Source: Paraspadella gotoi
Taxonomy: Eukaryota; Animalia; Chaetognatha
Direction: 5' to 3'
Length of the DNA stretch: 64,000 bases
NCBI GenBank assembly: GCA_051294375.1
Contig: CM119268.1
Coordinates: 9,355,074 to 9,419,073, forward strand
Shown here piece by piece: positions 1-12,671 of this stretch. The notes beneath the pieces are model-generated. The model saw only the letters and a program-made list of their open reading frames with translations, made no database searches and was not told where the DNA came from. The stretch's first letter is position 1; each line of letters opens with the position of its first letter. A program made the position numbers and the translations under genes.

Positions 1-1421
1 TGGTCACATGGATTTGGCTGCTGACCACGTTCGTTTTGTGCTTCTCAACGTCCAAGACTGATAGTTTTCGTCGTCTTGGTCCTGCTTTTCGTGTGGATAG
101 ACTGCATGGCTCAAGTCGTTGCCAGTTCTGCTTTGTTTTTTGGCTTCGTGTTCGTCAGGATTTGCAACTCAACACGATTTCCTCTTTACTTCTCCAACGC
201 CTCCTTATGGTCATTATCTCTCAACGTTTTTCATCGATTCTCAAGTCGATCTTTGGAGAAGCGGACATCGACGCGCCACCTGCTCGACACGCGCTATAGC
301 TGTATCGGAAGCCTTTGCCAAGGCGTGGATCTGGACGTTATTCTACGTGCAGGGATTGGTCTGGAGCACAGACCTTCTTCCGTTTCTACTGTCGGAGTCG
401 GCGTGGAGTCTCTCTCAGATGGTCTTGTGGACTGAGTGATTTCGTGGCGTTCGCTTTCGCTGAGCTAGTATCTGAGAGGAGGAAGAGAGGAGGAGGAAGA
501 GCAGGAGGATCCTGCTTTTCCGTATTTTATCTTTTGTCCTTTCTTGTGGACAACACGACATCTGGAACAAAAGAGCAACTACGTGGTGGAGAGGAGCCAT
601 GAAGAATCCGGTTCCATTTGGAACCATAAATTACTTTTTAAAGCTGGATATGATTTTGAATTAAAGTGCTCAACTAATATTTATCTGTTATTTTATTTGA
701 GATTAAGTTTTAATTAAATATCACATATTTTTCTTAACAAAAATAAAATTAATTATCTGTATTATTTATTTTTATAATAAATTTATATAAATTTTTTTTA
801 TAATTGTTTTTAGGGCTTAATAAGTAGAACTGCATTTTGAGAACCTATTTGTACTTTTATTTTAAGAAATAATCCGTTTGAAAGAACTGATTGATTATTA
901 ATTTTTTTTTTAAATTAAGATTTTTACTTATAATTCAATAACAAAAATTGTAAAAAGTTGGGAGAGGTCTCAAATTAAAGCTTATGCTCTGTAGATAATG
1001 ATAGATGTATAGACATTAAAATTGTAAGCATATTCACTAAACTATTTAAAAAATTTTATAAAAAATTTTCAAAAAACTTTAATGAGCATTTAAAAAAAAA
1101 CCTGCCTTTATAGAATTTTACTGACCTACCACATTAAGTGTCTCATGGGTATACTTTTAAGATTTTATAGGTTTCAGAGATGGCACTTTTTTTGTTTCTT
1201 TCACATCCTCTCTGCCCTACCGTGTATTCTTTCTTATTTTTCTTTCTGTTTATAAAATTAATTTTCTTTTCTCAAATTTGATTTTTTTTTTTTTATAAAT
1301 ATTTGTCGTCAATCCAGATCTTATGCGATTGCGACGATCCTTATGCTTTTAAGATTTTTTAAATTTGAATTGTCACCTTTCTTTAATCTCACCATCTGCA
1401 CCGCCCGTTCCTCATTTTAAG

Positions 1422-4400
1422 CGCGTACGGTGGAGACAGTAGAGGGCGGTGGAATCGTCGTGGTTCTTCTCAAAACGGTTGACTCTCTCAAGCAGCTCTA
1501 CACGATGTCGATGGACGTTCACGATCGGTTCCGAACGGAATCGCATCGAGACGTCGTTTGTCGCTTCAATGAGCGACTCATCCTCTCTCTGGCGTCGTGC
1601 TCCAACGCGATCGTCGTCGACGACGAACTCAACATTCTCCCGCTCTCTACAATGGTGAGTGTTATTTTGTTAGTCATGTTAAGTAATACGTATATATGTA
1701 TACTAAAATACCTTCTCCCTACCGGTTTTCGTTTTAGGCGCTTCAGGTGACTCCCGTTACCCCTCGATCGGAGGAGGATCCCCTGCCGCCGAATGCGAAG
1801 GAGCTGAAGGAGTTGAAAGAGTCTCTCGCGGACACGCAACCTGTAGCCTCGTTGCTAAACCTCTGTCGGACTCTAGACCAGGCTAAGGTTCTGCTCAAAT
1901 TCGTGGAAGCTATCTCAGAGAAGACATTAAGGTTGGTATATGGTTGCTTCTGTAGTTTTTTGAAGAGGAGGATTATTAATATTCCTTTCTTCCTTATATT
2001 TTTTATATTTCTTCCTCCGTTATTCAGGTCGACCGTGACTTTGACGGCGGCGCGCGGGCGCGGCAAATCCGCCGCCCTCGGGATATCGATCGCTGCAGCC
2101 GTCGCCTTTGGTTATTCCAACATTTTCATAACATCTCCCTCTCCCGAGAATTTAAAAACCCTTCTCGAATTTGTGTTCAAAGGTTAGTTATTCAATGATT
2201 CGTGTGCCAATCAAGCAGCATCTGGGATCATGACACAAAACCCTGACACGCTCTTTCAACTTGATTTATTATAAATTCGGCGGCCTCGCATGTTTTCCAT
2301 TCATGGAATTATCTAGTTATCCGTCTCTTTTAACGATACGTTTATAAAAAGAAGAATTCCCTTGAGTCATAAATTACCATTTCAATTAGGTTTCGATGCT
2401 TTAAACTATGCGGAACACATCGATTACGATCTAATTCAATCGACGAATCCCGAATTCGAAAAGGCTATAGTCCGAGTCAACATTTTCAAGGATCATCGAC
2501 AAACGATTCAATATATTCATCCAAAAGACGTTGCCAAACTAAGTAAGTTCTTTTTTTTTATTGGGCGGAAATAGGAACTAATAATTTTTTTTCCCATTCT
2601 TCCAGGCCAGGCGGAACTTTTGGTCATCGACGAAGCAGCCGCGATTCCTCTGCCCCTTGTTAAGGCCTTACTCGGCCCGTATCTAGTTTTCATGGCGTCT
2701 ACCGTCAACGGCTATGAAGGCACCGGTCGATCTCTCTCTCTAAAACTCATTCAGCAACTAAGAACGCAGAATCACGCTACGGCCGAGAAAACGAAGGTAA
2801 GATATGATTGGAAATGCTATTGATAAACGACGTAATATTTAAACTCTTGTTGGAGCGTAATTCTCGTCAACGGACATTTAAAGACTCATGATTTATGATC
2901 ATTATTTTGTGATACCACTTTATTTTTATTATTATTATTATTATTATGATTATTATTTTCCCCACTTTACTTTTAGACCGATTCGTCGAAAAATCCCATG
3001 GGCCGGTCTCTTGCCGAGTTGACGCTCGATGAGTCGATTCGATATGCTCCAGGCGACCCCGTAGAAAAATGGCTCAACGACCTTCTTTGCTTGGACGTTA
3101 CTTCCGGGGTGGCACCGCTTTCCTCGGGTTGCCCGGCGCCCGACAACTGCGACCTTTATTTTGTCAACCGAGACACCCTTTTCTCGTAAGGACATAATTT
3201 TTTCTGGGCAATTTCAGTGTACTCTCGCAAAATTCTTATTATTATTCTTCGTCTTTTTTACACTTAGTTATCACCGTGCTTCAGAATCCTTTCTTCAGCG
3301 CCTAATGTCCATTTACGTGGCTGCCCATTACCGGAACACCCCCAATGACTTGCAAATGCTCTCCGACGCGCCAGCCCATCACTTATTTTGCCTTTTGGGT
3401 CCCATCGATCCCTCGAACAACTCTCTGCCCGAGATTCTTTGCGTGGTTCAGGTAAGGACTTGTTACTTTTATTTTGGAAGAGATATTTCACTAATTATTA
3501 TACCTGACCCAGGTTTGTATGGAGGGGGACATCTCCAAGTCTTCTTTAATGAATTCTCTTTCGCGGGGAAAACGAGCCGACGGCGATATGATTCCTTGGA
3601 CCGTCAGCCAACAGTTTCAAGATCCGGATTTTGCCGGACTCTCCGGTGCCAGGATTGTTAGGATCGCCACTCACCCCGACTATCAGGTCTTGAGAACGCG
3701 AAAAAATATATAAAATAATTTTGTTTATACAATTTTTTCACGTAATGTTAAATAAACAGCCAGACTCTTTTATTTCTTATTCTATTTTTTCTCCAGGGCA
3801 TGGGGTACGGCGCCAAGGCCGTTTCGCTCTTGCAGCTTTATTTCGAGGGAAAATTCCCTTGCCTTGCTGAAGATATCACTTCACCGCCTATCGATAATTC
3901 GTCTTCGGCCGAAGTCGATTTGCTCTCTGAGAAAATCGCCCCTCGGAAAACCTTGCCCCCTTTGTTGCTGAAGCTGGAAGAACGTCGTCCGGAGCGACTC
4001 GATTACCTCGGCGTCGCTTTCGGTCTAACTGAGCCACTATTAAAGTTTTGGCGTCGTGCTGGATTCAACACCGTCTACCTTCGCCAGACTGCCAACGAGC
4101 TCACGGGGGAACATTCCTGCATCATGCTTAAGGTACGTGATCTATTTTTTTTTCTTTTTCTTTTTGTCTCAACGACATTAATATTCAGGTTCTAGAAAAC
4201 TGCGTGGACGGCTCTTGGCTGCCCAAGTTCTTCGCCGACTTTTCCAAAAGATTCCTCGCTTTGCTTTCGTATCAATTCCGCTCCTTTACGCCAAAGTTGG
4301 CGCTCATGATTCTGCAGCAAAAAATGAACGAAGTTCCGACGACCGTCATGAGCAGGGAAGACATGGAAAGAGATTTTTCTGTCTACGACATCAAGCGACT

Positions 4401-5227
4401 AGATCTCTACGCGCAGAACATGGCCGACTACCACTTAGTTACCGATTTGTTGCCAGCGATTGCTAAGAAATATTTTATGAAGGAGCTGGGAATAGATCAG
4501 GTTAATTATTGAGGTTAAAAATCGTACTAATCGCTAATCAGATTATTTAACTTTCATATTTTTTTTTCAAAGGTGAGTGCTGTGCAGTGTGCCCTTCTGC
4601 TCGGCCTCGGTCTCCAACACAAGACGGTCGATGAACTAGAAAAGGAGTTAGACATTCCGGTATCTCAGCTTCTTGGTCTCTTTAATCGCCTCGTCCGAAA
4701 AATCGTGACCTGTATGAACCGAGTCCAGGAAAACGCTATCGCCATGGAGATAGGATTCGCCGATAACGCCAAAGACGAGTGAGGCTTTTTCCATTTTTTT
4801 TTTTCATTTTTACCTAATTTAATTAAACAACGAGGTTTGAATTTACTACATTTATCTTATTTGTTATAGTTTTGCGATAATTTTGTCTTGTATCTTCTGC
4901 AACAGGGCTGATCCCTCGTCGACGACCGTCTCCCAAACTCTGGACGACGAACTCAACGCCGGTGCCAAAGAGGAAGTCGCCAAGGCGGCGGCTCGCCTCA
5001 AAGCGCTTGAAGGAATCGACCTCACTCAGTTCGCTATCAAGGGTTCCGAGTCACAGTGGAACAAAGCGACTAAAGCGGGAAAAACAGTCAGCATCGTCAG
5101 CGTCAAGGGCGGCGCCCCTGAGGCCCGCGTTAAAAGAAAGAATGATGATGGCGATGGATCTGAAAAGACGAAAAAGAAGCAACTCTTGAAAACGAACAAG
5201 AAGAAAAGAAAATTCATCGAGAAGTGA
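1422..5227 (+). CDS. NAT10: RNA cytidine acetyltransferase NAT10/Kre33 (multi-exon; 5' exons lie upstream of the window)
   Basis: Spliced ORFs give ARTVETVEGGG, the P-loop TAARGRGKSAALG, the helicase motif VIDEAAAIPLP, GYEGTGRSL, the GNAT motif RIATHPDYQGMGYG and a Lys-rich tail ending at TGA 5225-5227. The first exon in the window follows the AG at 1420-1421. Confidence 0.95.
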
Positions 5228-5322
5228 TATTTATAAACTTGTTGTTATGATTCAGTAGAAGTCTTTAGTTAATCTTGTTTTTTAGTTATGAATTACGTTT
5301 TTCGTTTTTAGCATAACTTAAA

Positions 5323-6236
5323 ATGAGACCTTCCATGAGATTTACTGGGTTACATCTGAAACTATGGCGCAGCGACATTTCCCTTCCGGTGACTTCTACC
5401 TTTTCCCTTCGACCTCACTCGTCCGTCCCAGAAGCTCCGGTTTTAGAGGAAGTAGCCTCCGGTCCTGATCAGCGAGGCAAAGGACGTCATCGCGCCGACA
5501 AGTCCCTCGTTTCCAAAACTCTATTTTCTAAAGAATTCCAGGAATTGGATTCGATCAAAAAAAAGTCCTCTTTTAAAATCAAACCCGTGCCGAAACCCTC
5601 TTTCACTTTTGCCGCCTACGTCAATGAGTCCACTTTGCTGCAGAATTTCGTCAAACTCGGAGTGAATCTCGTCAAGTGGGAAAAGGGGACGATTCCCGAC
5701 GAAATCATGGGCCTCGACTTTGAAAGAGACGTCACCCCGGTGCTCTTTCATCTTCACGGCCTTGGAATCCCTGACGAGCAGCTGGGCAAGGTTCTCACTA
5801 AAAACCCTTATATTCTGATAAGTGGTGTCGGAAATTTGGAGGATCAAACTGATTATTTCGTCCGCAAAAAGTTTTCTCGGGAACAGTTGATCAACGTCGT
5901 GATCAAATGTCCGCAGTTGTTTAGCAGAAGCGTGGAGGCAATAGACGGTCGTTTGGGATATTTTCAGCAGACATTTGATTTGACAGGTGACTTAAATAAA
6001 TTATTCTTTTTTAATGTCAAATAAACTGTATTAATCTTTCTCACGCTTAGGGGACCAACTACGCGATTCCGTAACGATTTGTCCAGAGTTATTTCAAGCG
6101 AAACTCTCGATTTTAGCCAAGCTAAATTTTCATATGGCCAAGTCTTTGGGATTTAAACAAAAAGAGATGAGAGAATTGTTCATCGTTTGTCCCTCGGTAT
6201 TTTTGCTTCATCCCGATACCGTTGCGCAGAGGTAAC

Positions 6237-6287
<51 letters not shown>

Positions 6288-6569
6288 ACGTTAACATATT
6301 TAATCCTTTACAGATTCCATATTCTCCACAACACGATGGGAATTCCTCACCAAACTTTAGTTCGCTATCCTCTCTTGTTTCGCGTTCCGCCCTACTTGAT
6401 TCGTCAACGACACAAGTTTCTCTCGACGCTTGGGCGTGCTAACTACGATCCTCTCGACGAAAGTTACGTTACTTTAACCGCCTTTACCAACCACGGAGAT
6501 CAGAGCTTCGCCGAGAAGATTGCCGGAGTCAGTTATGACACTTATAAACAGTTTTTAAAAACTCAATAA
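5323..6569 (+). CDS. MTERF3: Mitochondrial transcription termination factor family protein (MTERF3-like), 3 exons
   Basis: AAYVNESTLLQNFVKLGVNL, LDFERDVTPVLFHLHGLG and a C-terminal RQRHKFLSTLGRANYDP...YKQFLK match the MTERF3 pattern. Arg/Ser-rich N-terminus resembles a mitochondrial presequence. Confidence 0.85.
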
Positions 6570-6717
6570 TTTGAACTTCTACCGGCTGTTTACTGTGATT
6601 TGCATTTTGCGTACCTCGCTGTTGTTTTCTTTGAATTTTAGTTGTTTAATTGCTTTTTACCATGAAATAGTTTGAACAGTTCCGTCAAATCGAGTTCCGA
6701 CTTAGCATTTTGTTAAA

Positions 6718-9700
6718 ATGTCAGTCGACGAAGTAAACAATATCAAGGTCGGCGTTCGGGTCCGGCCTTTTAACCAAAGAGAGCGAGACGCCCGCTCCGC
6801 CTGCGTCGTGTCCATGACGGGAAACTGCACGACCCTCACGAACCCCGAGTCCAAAGAAGAGAAGACCTTTGCCTTCGACTATTCCTATTGGTCCCACTCC
6901 GACTACGAGGAAAGCGAAAACGGAGTCTTGGTTCCCGTCGACGACAAATATGCGGACCAGAAAAAAGTTTTCGACGACCTCGGTCGTGGAATTTTGGACA
7001 ATGCTTGGGCTGGGTATCACGCCACCCTATTCGCTTACGGCCAAACCGGGGCCGGCAAGTCTTACTCGGTGGTCGGCTACGGAGCCAACAAGGGCATCGT
7101 TCCCATCGCCTGCGAAGAGCTCTTCAAGAAAACAACCGCCGAGTCCTCGAACGACAAATCTTTTCAAATTTCCTATTCGATGCTGGAAATATACAATGAG
7201 AATGTGCGGGACCTTTTGGCTTCTCAAAAGAAGGGAGTTCAACAGCATCTTAAAGTGCGCAATCATCCGACAAAAGGTTTTTTCGTCGAAGGACTCAAGG
7301 TGGTGCCCGTTGAAAATTACGAGCGCATAAAATCCCTCATGAATCAAGGAACGCTAAATCGCACAACAGCGGCGACGAATCTCAACGCGACCAGTAGTCG
7401 TTCTCACATGCTCATCCGCGTCATATTCAAGCAGGTCTTCCTTAACGAAAGGGGAGAGAGCACAACAAAGATCAGCGAGATCAACATGGTAGACCTTGCC
7501 GGTTCAGAGCGAAGCAACTCGGCTGGGACCAGCGGTGATCGACTGCGAGAAGGCTCGGCGATCAATCAGAGTCTTTTGACTTTGGGAAACGTGATTAGCG
7601 CCTTGGCCGAGCGAGCCCTGAAGAAAAAGGGTCTGGTGGTTCCGATTCCGTATCGCGATTCGGTGTTGACGAAACTGCTGCAGTCGGCGCTCGGGGGAAA
7701 CAGTAAAACCATTATGATCGCTGCTTTGAGTCCCGCCGCGATCAACTACGAAGAGTCGTTGTCTACCCTCCGCTTCGCCGATCGCGCCAAGAAGATTAAA
7801 AACAAGGCTGTCGTCAATGAATCGCCGACCGACCGCCTCATTCGCGAGTTAAAAGAAGAAAACCAGCGGTTGTTGGCTCAGTTAGGCAGAGCCGCCGGGA
7901 CGCAGATCGTTGAAGGCGACACTATCGACGCTCGGAGGCTTTTGGAAGAGAACCAGCGTCAGATGGAAGACATGGAAAAGTCTTGGCAACAAAAACTCGA
8001 CGAGGCGAGGCGAGAATGGGAGAAAAAGCAGGAAGAGATTCTCAAGAGGGAAGAGAGCAACGGGAAGGCTCTCTGCACGGCGCATCCTTACTTGCGCAAC
8101 GTCAACGAGGATGCGCAGCTGAGCGGTGTCATCAACGAGGCCGTCCCTCTCGGGGATCAAATCTTGGGCAAAGGCGGTGGCGATGTGGCAGTCAAGATCG
8201 TTGTCCGTGGATTGGGCGTGCTGCAACAACACGCCTTGCTCTGCAACGACGGCGTCAAGGTCACCATTGCACCTTTCGTTCCGCAGGCCAAAATAATGAT
8301 TAACGGAATTGGCGTCGATGAGAGAAAAGAATTGCAACACCTAGACCGAGTCAAGCTCGGTTCCAACAACCTGTTTCTCTACGTCGGTTTTCCCCACGAG
8401 AGAGACGCTAAATCAGACGAAGAAAAGATCGCCACTTACGATCACGACTATTTTCAATCCGAACTAGCGCGCGGCACCGAGCTGTTGTTTCAAAGGTCCC
8501 ACTCCAGTCTTATGCGAGACGTGACGTTCATGGACTTTCTACAGCTCTTGCCTCAAGTCACCGAGGTCAACTCGATGAGCGAGGAACTGGCGAAAAAAAT
8601 CCCTTCGGCCACCGTCAAATTTGATCCGCTGATTAAGAACCTGACCACCTGCGACGACGTCGGAAACGAAAAAACCAAGTCCATCTTGGTGAGGATGACT
8701 AATTCCAAGACCAAACAGGTCTGGGTTTGGTCAAAAGGAAAGTTCATTAATCGGAAGTACATCATCGAAGAGATCTACAACAAATTCTTGGAGGGGCAGG
8801 AAATCGTTCTGGAGAAAAAAACGGATCCATTTTGGGATCCTCCAGAAGATATTTTTCTCGGTTCTTGTCATGCATGGCTGCAGCCTCTGGCCTATCAAGT
8901 TGAGATCGACGATCAACTCGACATGCACGGTCACCACGGCGACGACATCGCTCTGGCCACTCTGCAAATACATCCTTGCGATGCAGCAGGGAAGCTTCTT
9001 GGAGAGGAATCGGCCGTCTTGGAACCTTCGGAGTTACTGGACGAGCGAGTCGACTTTATGTTGCGTATTCCTCAGGTTGTCGGCGTTCGTTGGGTCCAAG
9101 AAGACAAAAAATCTCGCGGATTCTTCTTCTCCTTCAAATTTTTCGATTTGCCCAAAGTTTTTCGAACTAAAACGATTTGGGGAAAGAATTCAACTCGACT
9201 GGGTTTCAAAAAGCAGTTTACCATCAAGAGCGTCAACGACGACTTTCTAGAATATCTCCAGACTCACGCCCTTGTGCTGGAATTATGGGGTACGCAGAGC
9301 GGCGGAGACGTCCGCGATGAGGAAAGCAGCAGCCCTTGCGAAGAGGCCGAGAAGGAAACTACTCTCAGCGAGGGAAAAGCTCCAAGGTTAACCCGCCAAA
9401 ACTCGGACCGCATGATGATTTCCCGTGCGAGCGCCAGGAGCGCGGTGGGTTTCCATTTAGTAAACCAAAGGGAAGAATGGGAATACGAGACTCTCGAAGC
9501 GGAGAAGGAAGAATTGACAAAGCGAGTGGAGGAGTTGGAAAAGGAAGTGGACCGATTGACTCAAGAAAACGTCGCGGTGAAAAGAAAAGCGAAGAAGGAA
9601 AAGCGTTTTCAAACAGACTCGAACGCCTCCAGCCGGCGTTCCTCGGCGGGCGCCGTGGAAATACCGACGGGCGATACGTCGGTTTTGGTGGATTCAAATC

Positions 9701-10047
9701 GAGTCGAGAACGCCGTCGCCGCCTCCCAAGATGCGCCTCCTTCAGTAGCCGAGGACGCTTCGAAGCAGAGATCTGAGACGGAAAAGGCCGCCTTGAAGAC
9801 GCTGAAAAAATTTTTCATCGACATGAAGAACGTCGACGATCTGATGAAAACTCTGGCTACGACTTTGCGAGACTTTGCGACTTTACGAGAGGAGGAAGAA
9901 AAAGAGGATGCATTGGTTCCGAAGTTAGAAAGCGCGGCCTCTGCTGTATCGGGAATCAACCAGCAGATGAATACCACTTTGACCAAAATGAGGGCGAAAA
10001 TGAAAATTATATTTAATTTAGTAGGCAAGAGAGAAAAAGAAGAGTAA
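6718..10047 (+). CDS. KIF28: Kinesin-3 family motor, KIF28/KLP-6-like (single exon, 1109 aa)
   Basis: Motor motifs GQTGAGKS, SSRSH and VDLAGSE, followed by coiled coil, FHA-like region, WSKGKFINR...DPFWDP segment and C2-like region. Confidence 0.85.
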   Translation: MSVDEVNNIKVGVRVRPFNQRERDARSACVVSMTGNCTTLTNPESKEEKTFAFDYSYWSHSDYEESENGVLVPVDDKYADQKKVFDDLGRGILDNAWAGYHATLFAYGQTGAGKSYSVVGYGANKGIVPIACEELFKKTTAESSNDKSFQISYSMLEIYNENVRDLLASQKKGVQQHLKVRNHPTKGFFVEGLKVVPVENYERIKSLMNQGTLNRTTAATNLNATSSRSHMLIRVIFKQVFLNERGESTTKISEINMVDLAGSERSNSAGTSGDRLREGSAINQSLLTLGNVISALAERALKKKGLVVPIPYRDSVLTKLLQSALGGNSKTIMIAALSPAAINYEESLSTLRFADRAKKIKNKAVVNESPTDRLIRELKEENQRLLAQLGRAAGTQIVEGDTIDARRLLEENQRQMEDMEKSWQQKLDEARREWEKKQEEILKREESNGKALCTAHPYLRNVNEDAQLSGVINEAVPLGDQILGKGGGDVAVKIVVRGLGVLQQHALLCNDGVKVTIAPFVPQAKIMINGIGVDERKELQHLDRVKLGSNNLFLYVGFPHERDAKSDEEKIATYDHDYFQSELARGTELLFQRSHSSLMRDVTFMDFLQLLPQVTEVNSMSEELAKKIPSATVKFDPLIKNLTTCDDVGNEKTKSILVRMTNSKTKQVWVWSKGKFINRKYIIEEIYNKFLEGQEIVLEKKTDPFWDPPEDIFLGSCHAWLQPLAYQVEIDDQLDMHGHHGDDIALATLQIHPCDAAGKLLGEESAVLEPSELLDERVDFMLRIPQVVGVRWVQEDKKSRGFFFSFKFFDLPKVFRTKTIWGKNSTRLGFKKQFTIKSVNDDFLEYLQTHALVLELWGTQSGGDVRDEESSSPCEEAEKETTLSEGKAPRLTRQNSDRMMISRASARSAVGFHLVNQREEWEYETLEAEKEELTKRVEELEKEVDRLTQENVAVKRKAKKEKRFQTDSNASSRRSSAGAVEIPTGDTSVLVDSNRVENAVAASQDAPPSVAEDASKQRSETEKAALKTLKKFFIDMKNVDDLMKTLATTLRDFATLREEEEKEDALVPKLESAASAVSGINQQMNTTLTKMRAKMKIIFNLVGKREKEE

Positions 10048-10525
10048 GTGTTTTCTTCTCTACACTCTACAGTTACGATTTTATTTATATTTAGTATATC
10101 AGTCCTTCTCAAAATTCTTGCCAATCATTTTTAAAGGCAGTGCTCTAATTTACTTTAATTTTACAGTTTTTTATTCTTAATTTTTGAGTATGTATATGCC
10201 TTGGAGTTGATTAAGAAAAGTGGACAAAGTTGAATCTCTTCGCTGAGCTTAAAGTTTTTAGCGATGCTTCGTAAAATCATATTTGCTACGTATGTAGCGC
10301 TATCGATTTTTAACATAATTTTACACGATAATATTGTAATCTCCAGATTGCCTTTTACACTAGATATGCAACTTTTACGATCGTATACAATTTTTATATT
10401 CCGATAATATAGCTTTTTACGCCATTTACTTTGCCTGAAGTGCAGGCCAAGTCGCTAAATATGTTTGGTCATGCCCGGCCGTTATCAGTTGTCTAGTCAT
10501 ATTTTCCTTACACAGTGCACACTTA

Positions 10526-11117
10526 ACATCTGACACATAATTATTGAGACGGCTTCCGGGGCCTGTAGACGGCGACCAGGACGCCGTAGAAAGCTCCTTT
10601 TTTTTTTAATGAAGCCTAGAATGTTTGTCTACCAAACTGTGAATTTTTTTTTTATCGGCCCACGCGTTTTCAAGATGCAGTCAATTTCCTCTGAAGCGTG
10701 CCGTCAAGTCTTTGCCCAATTCTACCAAAATCATGAACAAGAAGGAGCAGCATTTACTTTACAGTATTTTTTGAAGCTAAATGTTAGCCGTCCATCTATT
10801 TATCGCGTAATACAAAGAGTAAAGTCTGGAGATACTATCAAGCACAAAAAAGGCGCAGGGCGGCCAAGAAAACTCACGGCAAGACAGTCGCGTACTATCG
10901 TGAAAGGAATGGAAAATAAAGTTGTGTTTTCTACGTGAAAGCTGTCCCTACGCCACATTTCACAAGAAAATCGTGACTTTTTTGATTCAACTTGTTAGTC
11001 TGTATTTAGTTAATGTTATTAGTATTTAAAAATTATATTTTGTATTTATATTTACAATAAAATGTTATAAACTTTAACACATTCAATCTTTTGTCTCAAT
11101 AATTATGTGTCAGATGT
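10526..11117 (+). mobile_element. Internally deleted Tc1/mariner DNA transposon
   Basis: Perfect 25-bp TIRs ACATCTGACACATAATTATTGAGAC (10526-10550) and its reverse complement (11093-11117), flanked by TA on both sides. ORF 10609-10938 encodes an HTH-like transposase N-terminus (LNVSRPSIYRVIQR...GAGRPRKLT) with no DDE domain. Confidence 0.92.
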
Positions 11118-11201
11118 TAGAATTTTTGATAACAAAAAAAATTTTTCCTAATCATTTGATCTCAAATATTTTTTTACCGATATAAAGAACCAAATTTAAT
11201 T

Positions 11202-12312
11202 ATGTCCGCGAAACTCGCTGACTTGGCCGGCCGGTTGTTATCCGGCGCCGGTGGAGTGGGGACGAAACTGTTGTTGGCTTCAGGCCTTGCCGGTTACGGA
11301 GTCTACAACTCTGTTTACACAGTAGATGGTGGTCATCGCTCCATAATTTTCTCCCGCCTCGGAGGCGTCCAACCCGGTGTTTACGCCGAGGGACTCCATT
11401 TTCGGATTCCGTGGCTTCAGTGGCCCATCATTTACGACATTCGCGCTCGACCGCGCAAGATCTCCTCGCCCACCGGGAGCAAGGACCTCCAAATGGTCAA
11501 TATTTCGTTAAGAGTGTTGTCCAGGCCGGACCAAACATTCCTTCCGCAGGTACTTTGCTTGAAAATAAACTAATCAATTAGCGGAAAAATATGTATTCTC
11601 ATCATCTCATCAGATTTTTCAACTCCTCGGCCCGGACTTTGACGAACGCGTGCTGCCTTCAATCTGCAACGAAGTCCTCAAAAGCGTCGTGGCAAAATTC
11701 AACGCGTCGCAGTTGATCACCCAGCGTCAGCAAGTTTCGCTGCTCATTCGCAAGGAGTTAACGGACCGAGCACGCGATTTCAACATCATCCTAGACGACG
11801 TCTCCATTACGGAGCTTACCTTCGGCGCTCAGTACACCGCCGCCGTCGAGGCAAAGCAGGTGGCGCAGCAAGACGCCCAGCGCGCCACTTTCATCGTCGA
11901 TCGGGCCAAACAGGAACGTCTGGGGAAAATTGTACAGGCTGAGGGAGAAGCCAAGGCCGCCACCCTCATTGGCGAAGCCATTCAGGACAATCCCGGATAC
12001 CTCAAGCTACGGAAGATTAGAGCCGCGCAAAATATAGCGAGGTAGTGAAATATTGCTGGCCAATTTATAAACTAAATTAAGGCTATTGTATGATTTTATC
12101 TAATTCGCTCCGTCTTTCCCAGAACCATCTCCCAGTCGCAGAACCGCGTGTATCTCCAAGCGAACAATCTCCTCCTCAATCTGGCCGGAAATGAATTCGA
12201 TTCAAAGTTCGACGGACGTTCAGAAGCGACGCGAGCCCGTGCAGAGATGGGCGGAAGCCATTCCGCCTCAATGGCCTGCGCGGAAGAAGCCGTGTTTTCC
12301 AATAAGGCCTAG
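11202..12312 (+). CDS. PHB2: Prohibitin-2, 3 exons
   Basis: [61 protein letters not shown] and a last exon [11 protein letters not shown]. Stop TAG at 12310-12312. Confidence 0.96.
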
Positions 12313-12671
12313 ACATTAAGATGTTCCACTTTGTGAAGGACGATCGTTGTTTGAGGAGGGAATGATCATAATGTTAAACGATAAGAATTGTTGCCTCCTG
12401 GACTGTGATTCTGTGATTATATCAACTTTGCGGAAGTTAGATACATTTGTTAATGCTAGAGTTCAATTGTAATTTTTTTCATTTCAAATATAAAAAAAAA
12501 AAAACTGTTAACCTGTTTTTATTAATGAGAATCATTAGGATATTACAAACTAATAATAATAAAACAATATTCGTGTAGATTATCGGGCAAAAAAGTTAAA
12601 AACGAATTTAAGTGTTTGGTTTTACTCGTTTGTAATTGTTTTCAGTCGTTTTCGAGCGTGCTTTTGAAATT

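Noticed and set aside
1-630. GC-richer block with several short overlapping ORFs upstream of the first NAT10 exon
   Set aside because: No recognisable protein motif in any frame. It lies within an inferred NAT10 intron and is probably a decayed transposon fragment, but I could not classify it.
6240-6284. About 45-nt poly-T run read as poly-Phe in the ORF track
   Set aside because: It is inside an MTERF3 intron (polypyrimidine tract), and the length may be a homopolymer artefact.
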